Source of the DNA: the human T2T-CHM13v2.0 reference genome, Homo sapiens
Direction: 5' to 3' (one strand)
Assembly (NCBI RefSeq): GCF_009914755.1
Contig: NC_060931.1
DNA: 64,000 nucleotides
Both the position numbers and the translations under genes were made by a program. The notes beneath the pieces were generated by a model. That model saw nothing but the letters and a program-made list of their open reading frames with translations, did no database searches and was not told where the DNA came from. Shown in pieces: positions 54,076 to 64,000 of this stretch. Every line of letters starts with the position of its first letter. The stretch's first letter is position 1.

Positions 54076-54272
54076 CTTTGTATTTTTAAAACCATGATTT
54101 CCTTCCTCTAATCTTAATATTTTAAGTGAAGAGTTCACATTTCTGTCAAAATCCATCATATGTCGAACTTTGCAATAAAATTTCTACTTCTCCACCACTA
54201 CCCTTAATAATCAAATCAAAAATAAGGCTAAACTTGTGTCATACATTTGTTTGATATAGTAGCTACCAAAGA

Positions 54273-54900
54273 CGTTGACTCAACACACACTTATGATGTA
54301 AGCTCATGCATTTTTAGGTCTGACATAAGTTGTTTGAAACCCAATCATACCCGATCTTTGTACTAGTTAAAATAACTCCTCTCCATGTGGTTGAGATATA
54401 GCCCACTTGTTTCTCATCCTGCTAATCCCAAACCCAAAACACCCGACAGCTGCTAACTGTGATAAAACTTAATGATCAACACCAGAGTCATATAAATAAG
54501 TTTCCCCCTTCTGGCATGTTTTCCTTAAACCAGCCAATCCACAACTCCTGTGAGAAGACCGGAGGGATAATACCCATATACCTTAATAAAGGTGAGCTCC
54601 CATAGCTGCTCTCTCACTCCCTACCCACTGCTGAGCTCCCTGCCACCTCCAGACTTATCTGCGCTCCCCATCAGTACCCCTAAGCTGTCAGATCTGTAAG
54701 TAATAAATTTCTTCTGTTTCATGCATTTGGTTTCACCTTCTCATTTTTGTCATTGTATCTCACCTGACTGACACACAGGAACCTGACGGCCTGCCCATCA
54801 GGGCTCTTCTAAAAAGCAGCCATCTTGGCTTGTAGCCACTCTTCACAGAGTGACCTTAAGACCAGTTTATAAAGAAGCCAAAACAGTAAAAATCACAACA
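54273..54900 (+). mobile_element. ERVL-type solo LTR (MER54/73/74/88 group; family uncertain)
   Basis: LTR-like layout (CCAAT, TATA-like motif, GTAAGTAATAAA, AAAATCACAACA end); no clear TSD. Confidence 0.65.
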
Positions 54901-56154
54901 ACTTGAGTTTATTTGTAGCAAAAGTTATGCTAATAGTAAAGATTATCTTCAAGGTTTTCTAAGCCAAAGATTAAGGTTTGTTTTGCAAAATTAAAGAACT
55001 TAGGACAACTTCTCATGCATGTTGATCCTCAATCTAACAATTTAATAAATATTTCAAGAATCTCTCAATATACATGGATGCATAATTTATAGTTATTAAT
55101 TGCTGGGTATAACAGGCCTCTGATAATTATATCCAAGAGCTTTCAATAATCGTTTCAAAGAACTGTGCTACATACACTTTTGAGTAGTATCAATATCAGC
55201 AATTTTACTGCCTGAGAACTCCTCCTCAAAACAGTGATAAATTGCAAACTTTCGGAATATTCAGAATTATTGGATTCAGAAAACTTTATTTCCGTAACAA
55301 CACCACTAAGATATTGTTCCTAATTGGCATCTGTAAATTTATTTTCTAATTCTTTTAGGATTACTCTAAAATTTATGGGTCTCACAAGTTTTTAACATAC
55401 TGTGTATAACCTACTTTATATTCCTTCAGTTGTCTTTGTCTTTTAACCTACTTTGTCTTCCTTCAGTTGTTTAAACAGAAACTGTATCTGCAAAAATGGC
55501 AAAAGTGCAGATGACAACTGAAGGAAAGCAGTCAGAAATCCACTTCCAAGGGTCCAGTTGCTTGGCATAGCATTGGAAAACACAGAAACTGCTTATATCA
55601 TTCATTGTTATTAATGCTAGTTGCACAGTTGTCCCAGCACTGCCAAGTTGCAATGCATGGGTGTCATGCTCTCGTCTCATATTGCCTGAAGAGTGTGTTC
55701 AGTATGACATTCACAGGCCTCTGCAATTTATACCCAAACTACTTTTACAATCTAGTCATTCACTTAGATTCTCAGGAGCTACTCTTTATGTTGTTCCGCT
55801 CAGCAGGGACTCTCCCATATTTAGAAGGAATAACGTCAGATGTCTAAGGAAACTGGCATAAATTCAAAATACATGATGTAAGATCATGGCTATCCACCAA
55901 TCTGCCTAGTCGTATTGCCTCCATTGCTTTTAAGCTATGCCATTCATACTAAAAAACCTAACAAAATGCTTGCATAGACTGCACTTTGCAACCCCTGGGT
56001 CTGTTCCTAACCTTTGAGATCCTGGCTCAAATCTCTTGTCCTTCAGGGAACTGCCTGAGTAGCCAGCTCACAGGGGTTTCTCCAACCTCTCAACTCTTCC
56101 CACATCACTTGACTAATCAGCATAAAATATTTTGCATAGAAAATGTAGAGTTCC

Positions 56155-56341
56155 ATTGAGAACACATGGACACAGAGAGGGGAACAACACACACCAGGGC
56201 CTGTTTGGGGGTTGGGGGCCGAGGGGAGGGAAATTAGAGGACAGGTCAATAGGTGCAGCAAACCACCATGGCACACGTAGACCTATGGAACAAACCTGCA
56301 CATTCTGCACACTTATCCCTTTATTTTTTTTAAGAAGAAAA
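56155..56341 (+). mobile_element. Short 5'-truncated L1PA 3' end
   Basis: 17-bp TSD AGAAAAT(G/T)TAGAGTTCC (56138-56154, 56342-56358). Confidence 0.9.
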
Positions 56342-56467
56342 AGAAAATTTAGAGTTCCCCACTGACATTATGATCACATTAAGACCTATGATCGCAATAA
56401 GACCTAACAGGGCAGGAACTACACTGTTAATTCACTCCTTGGAATGAATGTTCAAAGTGATGCTTGG

Positions 56468-56799
<332 letters not shown>

Positions 56800-57402
56800 T
56801 CAATGGGCTGTGTGGGTTAATGTAGGACACCTGCTCCCCAAATTGGCCATTGCTGCGTAACTATGAGGCCTGGTACTCCAGACTTTTTTTTGTCCTATTG
56901 GATATTTAATCCTGTCCCATTTTCTTTATATTGTTAATTTTTATTTAAGGTATAACATATAGAGTAAACCTCACAAATATTAAGTGTACAGATCAGGTTT
57001 TTTATGTATGCCTATAACCAACATGTCCATAACTGAATTTGTCATTCTTCTCCCAATCGTCTTTATTCTCTTTGTCAGTTTGAGAGTTAAATATCTCCTT
57101 TAAATATGTATCTCATTGATTTATCTCTTCTCCCACCATATTCTCAGTCTGATCAGGATCTACTTCCAGGAACCTGAGGTCTCCCTTGAGACCTTCCCAG
57201 TCATTGCTCCCACCCAAGATAAACACTCTACTGGCTTATCATATATTAGTTTGTCTCTTCTTGAACATCATTTAAATGGAGTCATACAGTATGTTTTTCT
57301 TTGTGTCTGGCTGCTTTTGCTCACTTTTATAGTTGTGAGGTTCATTAACAGCATTATGCATGGCGGTAGTTTGATTTCTTTTTTTGTTGCTTCTTAGTAT
57401 CC

Positions 57403-57852
57403 TGATGATACAGGACAGTCAAGCCCCCAAATTGAGGCTTGCCCTTGAGAGGGTTGTGATGTTAAACAGCAACTTTTATTGAAGTGGCAGTGAACTGCAG
57501 CAGCAGAGGTTCTGATCCTTGTGGAGCAGGGCTACCCCATAGGCAGTGTACACGGAATAGGAGCTCAGAGGCAGTTCTGCACTCAAATTTATATCCACTT
57601 TTAATTAGATGCAAATTAAGGACTGGTTTATGCAGAAATTTCTAGAATGAGGTTGGTAACTTGCAGGTTGTCGGGTTGATGCCATGGAAAGAGGCAGTAA
57701 CTTCCTGATGTTACCATGGCAACAGTAAACTAACATGGCACACTGGTGTCTAATGGGGGAGGTGCTTCTGCCTCAGACCTCTTTTAGCTAGTCCTCAATT
57801 TGGTGTGATGTCCAAGCCCCACCTCCGAAGTCGAGTTCTGCCTCCTACCTCA
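57403..57852 (-). mobile_element. ERV1 solo LTR (MER66-like) inserted in an old L1ME
   Basis: Minus-strand start TGAGGTAGGAGGCAGAACTCGAC; minus-strand AATAAA at ~57475-57480; L1ME sequence on both sides. Confidence 0.75.
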
Positions 57853-59964
57853 CTACTGTGTAAATATACCATAATTTGTTGATCCATTCTATTTTGTTTA
57901 TAAAAATGGATTATTTCCTGTTTTGAAGATAATGAATAAAGTTCTGTGATCATTATGCATGCCTTGTACTTAAGAATGAACTTATCTTGGGTATATACAC
58001 AGGAGTGGGGTTAATCTGTCATAGTCTAGGTTTATATTCAGCTTTAGTAAAGACCTTCAATCAGTTTTCCAAAGACGTTGAACCAGCATACACTCCAATG
58101 GGTATTATGTTAGATGCTGTCACATGTCCAGGGTTAATACAAGTGATAGCTTTCACGGTATTCCCTAGTTAGGATTTCTACTTCTATCTGTATGTGCTTA
58201 TGTAAAGCAGCACTGATTTATAAATGTGGCCTCACTTGTCAAGGGCCAGTGTGTCAGATGCTGAACTTTTCCAAGACTTGGAGGCTGTAAAATCATTTTT
58301 GTCTTAATGCTGTGAGCCAAAATCAAAACATTAAATTATTTCGCCTAAGCGAAATAATTGGCTCTTTGCTTTTTACCAAGAGCCAGGCATCTCCTCCCTT
58401 CTCTTTATTTCCTGAAAATAATTATTGTTCCAATCATTGTTAAGTAAGTCTTTGACCTGACTTAGCCAAGGGGTGGAAAAAAGGAGGCATAGGAGCATTG
58501 CATTTGGGAGGCATAAAAGGGAGAACAAACATTGTAGGGAAACACCGAGGAAGTAAAACTACGAATCAAAATAGAATATGAAACTAAAAGTAGAGTGTGG
58601 ATGTGTACCAATCATCATGGGCAATGATGAAGATGGATTAAGTTTGTTAATATATGACCTTTTCACGAAAACAAGTTATATATAAAACTATGAGTGGTTG
58701 TACTTCTTACAAAATATGTAATAGCAGCATTTGTGTCCAAGTTTCAGTTGCATGTCAGATTTGATGAGTATTAAGATGTCAAGAACCTTGTGAACAATAA
58801 TTTTGGACATTAAGTCTTAATCTATTTAAAAGATAAAAGATACAGCATTTACTATGTGCCAGGCACTGTGCTAGATGTTTATAATTATTATTGCTAAAGC
58901 TACTGAAATTCATGCCTTCAACTCCTCCTTGGTTTTGAGCACCTCCTGTGCTGGATTATGCTAGATACCATGAGAATTTATGGACATAAAGCATAAAAAG
59001 GTTCCTATTCTTTAGAAGCATTATTTGTGAACAAGAAGATTGAAATATTAAATGTCAACAAAAGGCATATGAGGATACAAGCAGTGTTATCAGAAGGGAA
59101 AGGGAGGCTTGACTGCTGTGGGATGAGATGGTCTAGAAAGGCTTTTAAGGCAGTAAGACATGAAAGGGTATATTGCATCCATATACACAGGGTCCACTAT
59201 GAATCTGGTTTCTTCGTCCATACCCATGTATGCACATACTTGGAATATCTTCATGTAGATGACCCCAAAGTACCTCAAACTAAACATACTCACAACTAAA
59301 TCCATTATCCTTCTCCGGAACCCAACTCTGCTCCTGGGTTCTGTCAGTTGGTTCTCTCTTGTTAATATCTCTTGAATTTGTGTTTTCCATTCCTACCATC
59401 TCACCAGTTAGAATGCCATTTCAGTGATGAAGATGTGAAGAGAGACTGCACAGTGGCATTGGCAATGAGGAAAAAAGGAGTGAATACATTTAGGAGAGAT
59501 GTTAAGGAAGTATAAAATTCTATAGACTTAGTGTCTGAGTGGATGGAGTGGGTGAGGAAAAGATTCTAAATTGATGCTTGGCATTCTGATTTAGGAAATC
59601 AGCCAAATTATGGCACCATACATGAGAGTTCAGAAGAAGCAACAGGTCTGAAGGGAATGTCCGGTATGTGGATCTGAGCCTATGGGGGAAGTCTCTGGCT
59701 AGAGGTGTAGTAGACACGGTAGGTTGTTGATATAGTATTCAGAATGCTTTCTGAAAGAATTGCAACTTGATACCTATGTATATTTAACAACACAGTCTAC
59801 CACTGTGGATTTAAAGAAAGATGCTGCCATTATTTACCTAATTTCATACTTGTAAAGTTATCTTTTTTATGAGGATATTCACATATTCAAAAGATGCTTT
59901 ATTTTCTATATATTTTGTTCTCTTAAGGCTGGTACCAGATAAATAAATGTTGGTTTTTTAAATA

Positions 59965-60255
<291 letters not shown>

Positions 60256-63205
60256 TAAAATTAAAGTTTTAATTACTGAAAGTATCGGTGATTTGCTGAC
60301 GCTACTAAAGCTTCATTTATTTTGTAGGTTGGACCTTCTATAGAGTTACTAATGAGCTTCTTGAGATAATCCCTAATGACATTTCAATTTTTTTCGAGGA
60401 ATTAAATATTTTCTATTTTTTTATACCTTAAGTAACTGGTTATAAAGGGGAAAAGATAAGAACCCCACCCTCAAGGAGCTTACGAAGTAGTTTCAAGTAT
60501 GTAAACTTACTTTTCAGAACGATTCTGTAATAGGAGTTTTGAGATATTGCTATTTCCATCTTAAAGATTCTGGAAGATTGAGACTCGCCCTGGGTTACAC
60601 ATCGGGGTGGAATTTGGAACCCAATCTTCCGTTTCCTGCTTCAGCGCGCATTTCACTTGACATTGTTCACTTGACATTCACACATTTAAACACTGCTATT
60701 TTAGGTTTTACAATTTGACTTTTAAAGTAGACTGTGTATTAAAACAAAGATAAATATGTACACTCTGTTTAAATATTTCTAGTATGTTTCCCCATCCTCT
60801 CCTTAGTTATCACCCCTCACTAACAGCTGTACTTATAGGCTGTGCTTTAAAAAATGACTAAGTTTCTTTTATAAACCTTCCTGCAAATCTTGCTATTATT
60901 GGCATGTTTTCGCTTTTCCTTCAGACATCCAGGCACCCTTGCAAGAATAATTTTTCAAGATTTTCCTTGGCTGTCAAGAATCTTTAAAGAGACGGATAGT
61001 TTATTGAACAGTACAGATAGGTTCTATTGTTCCCATATTTTTGTTATTATTGTTTTTACTCTGACAGTGGGGTGGAAATTTAAAAACTTTTCCAGTATGG
61101 AAAAAGACCTTGTAATGCACTTAAATATTTGAGATATCAACATACCTAAATCCATTTACAAAGATTGAATATTGACACTAAGATTATAAGAATACAGGCC
61201 AAATTCCACTTTGCAAAGTAGATTAATACCCCTCAATTCAGTTAAATTGTACACTGCAGAAGAGGTCAGGGTAAGAGGAAAGAAGGCACTGTGTTAGGAT
61301 GTCCTCCTCTTGGCACCTTTAAAATGACAAACATGGAGATTGATTTTGGCCAGGAATCTGGGGTATTGTCAGAACAACTCTATTTGAACAAGCTATGCTT
61401 AGTGGTAAGAGGGAGTCAGAAGGATGTTGAAAAGGGGACAGAGAAGAAGAAAGATAAAGAAAAATTGGTCCTTTACCTCCTCACATACAATCTGTGAGAT
61501 TATCTTCCTTTGTTCATTCTGAAAACTCTTTCCTGAGCATCTACAATATGCCAAACCCAAGGCTAGGAATGGGAGGAAAACGCAGCAGTGGCCCTACCCT
61601 CAGTGGCCCATCTGTCCCTCTGTTTGTGTGGTTTATTTGCCTCTCTTCTCCTTTATCCTTTTCTAGTTCTTTACTGACATAATGAGATCCTAGTTTGTAT
61701 GTGTATGTGCATGTGTGTTTAATTACGTAGTTAATACAGTTTTAATCACCTCTTTATTTTTCATTGATTGTTTACTACTGTTGTAGCAACTTGATTAAAT
61801 ATTAAAAATAATGATCTAAACTTTGATACTGGCTTTCTAAATAGTCGCTGAACGGATGTTGCTCTTCAAAATAAGTACTAGGAGAAAGAATAGTATTTTC
61901 TCCTTTGAGAGAAGGTTGGCTTTGGAAAGCTCGTGGCTCTTAGGTGAATGTGCATCTTGTAAAACAGTGTCTTTAGTAATGCAATCACTATTTTAATACA
62001 TTGGGGACTAAACATGGAAGCTTAAGGATTAAAATAAAATACCTTTTTCAACAAAAAATGTATTAATATATAGGTAGAGAGAGGGTACTGTTGTCTGTTG
62101 GGTAGATTCCTTGGCAAATAAACAGAAGGGAGCAGGATTGGGAATTTGTCCATCTAGTAACCAGACTTACAGGTAAATCAGTTAAATGAGTTAGCAGGAG
62201 TCAACCCAGAAAAGTTAGCTAAGACAAGACAATTACTAAAGTTTTCATTAGGCAAGCAAGATTAGGTTCTCAATGGTCAAGCAGTGAGATGCAAGCCAGA
62301 CTGGGAAGTTAAGGAACAGAGTATCAGGGAATCATAATAAAATTGTAATAAAATTTATTCAGCCATGGGGCTAGTTTTATTTATATAAAGCTATTTTAAT
62401 ATATAAAATATATACATAGTACAAAATCCAGAAGGTGCAGAATAGTAAACAATGAAAAGTCAGCCTTCTACCCCATTATACAATCTAAACTCCCCCTCCC
62501 AAGAGACAACCATAATTAACAATCTTTTATATAGCCTTGTAGAACATCTATGCACAAAGAAGTAAGTCTTAGTATAATATACACACTGTTTTTTTCACAT
62601 ATTTATACAATTTTTATTTTTTCATTGTATAGTATTTCAAGGCATGAATGGAACATGCTTTTTAAAACTAGTTCCTTATTATGAGACATTTAGGTCATTT
62701 CCAATCATCTGCTCTTGCAGATAATGATAGAGTGACTAACTTTATACATGCATCATTTAATACTGGAGTAGTCATCTTAAAAGGTCAAATTCCTAATAGT
62801 GGGATTGCTGGGTCAGTGGATTTGCTCGTTCAAAAAAAACCTTTGTGATAAAATTATACTATTTTAACTGTTTTTAAGTGTACCATTTGTGTTAAGTATA
62901 TTCACATTATTGTTCAACTAATCTCTAGAACTTTTTCATATACAAAACTGAAATTCTACACCCATTAAACAACTCCCCAATTCCCCTTTTCTCCTACTTT
63001 GTTTCCATGAATGTGTCTACTTTAGATATACCTCCTGTAAGGAGAATCATACAGTATTTCTCTTTTTATGAATGGCTTATTTCACTTAGCATAATGTCAT
63101 CAAGGTTGGTTCATGTTGTAGCATGTGTCAGAATTCCTCTCCTAAGATGGAATAATAATTCACTGTGTGTGTATACATATATATACACACCATATAGATA
63201 CAATA

Positions 63206-63384
63206 TACCATATATATGCACCCATATGTATGTACCATATATATGCACCCATATGTATGTACCATATATATGCACCCATATGTATGTACCATATATATGC
63301 ACCCATATGTATGTACCATATATATGCACCCATATGTATGTACCATATATATGCACCCATATGTATGTACCATATATATGCACC
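63206..63384 (+). repeat. Perfect 27-bp minisatellite (TACCATATATATGCACCCATATGTATG) x ~6.6
   Basis: Six identical units plus 17 bp. Confidence 0.96.
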
Positions 63385-63535
63385 ACCATACACAGACACA
63401 CACACACACACACCCCATATTTTGTTTATCCATTCATCCACTGATGGACACTTGGGTTGCTTCTACCTCTTGGCTGTTGTGAATAATCTGCTATTATGAT
63501 AGGCATGCAAATATGTCTTCAAGATCTTGCTTTAA

Positions 63536-63821
63536 GACCAGGTATGGTGGCTCACACCTGTAATCCAACACTTTGGGAGGGTAAGGCAGGCAGATTGCTT
63601 GAGCTCAGGAGTTCAAGACCAGTCTGGGAAACAAAGTGAGACCCCACCTTTACAAAAATACAAAAATTAGCTGGATGTAGTGGTGTGTGCCTGTGGTCTC
63701 AGCTACTTGGGAGGCTGAGGTCAGAAGATGGCTTGATTCTAGGAGGCAGAGGTTGCAGTGAGCCGAGATCACTCTACTGCATTCCAGTCTAGGTGAGAGT
63801 GAGACCTCGTCTCAAAAAAAA
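63536..63821 (+). mobile_element. AluJ
   Basis: Diverged dimer; AAGATC...CTTTAA on both flanks. Confidence 0.9.
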
Positions 63822-64000
63822 GATCCCTCCTTTAAAAATTTTTGGATATATACCCGGAAGTGGAATGGCTGAATGATGGGTTATGGGTTTGTGTATTTAA
63901 AAATTGTTTTTATTGCCAAGGCACTCTTTATAGACGTTGTAGCAATTTGTGTTCCTACCAGTAATAAATGACTGTCTCTGTACTCATACCAACACTGTGT

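Larger units (their letters stand above)
62840..63965 (-). mobile_element. Old L1MA/MB 3' end containing a minisatellite and an Alu
   Basis: Antisense L1 3' UTR motifs (TGGCTTATTTCACTTAGCATAATGTC; CATTCATCCACTGATGGACACTTGGG). Confidence 0.8.

Noticed and set aside
63007-63499. Repetitive peptides (PYICTHMYV)n, or a CRISPR-like array
   Set aside because: Head-to-tail minisatellite without spacers; the ORFs are a by-product of a stop-free 27-mer.

Overview
Human genomic DNA (an AluYg6 is present), most likely 7q11.23; all gene and repeat names are from my recall of the sequences, not from a search. A CpG-island bidirectional promoter (~4.7-5.85 kb) separates two genes. On the minus strand are the first two exons of a FAM185 copy (most likely FAM185BP), with an intact frame and a GC-AG first intron. 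On the plus strand is CCDC146, with non-coding exon 1 ending at 5844 and its first coding exon at 50779-50945. The 44.9-kb CCDC146 intron 1 and the start of intron 2 are mostly transposon-derived. The most notable structures are: (1) an L1 3' transduction bounded by a perfect 16-bp TSD (36536-38027); (2) a full-length antisense L1PA nested inside a 5'-inverted L1, whose antisense promoter/ORF0 points toward the ATG-containing CCDC146 exon; (3) three twin-primed L1s; (4) a ~240-bp locally templated insertion; (5) a consensus RFX X-box inside an intronic LTR; (6) a perfect 27-bp minisatellite. I found no convincing novel protein-coding system; almost all ORFs in the track are repeat-derived.
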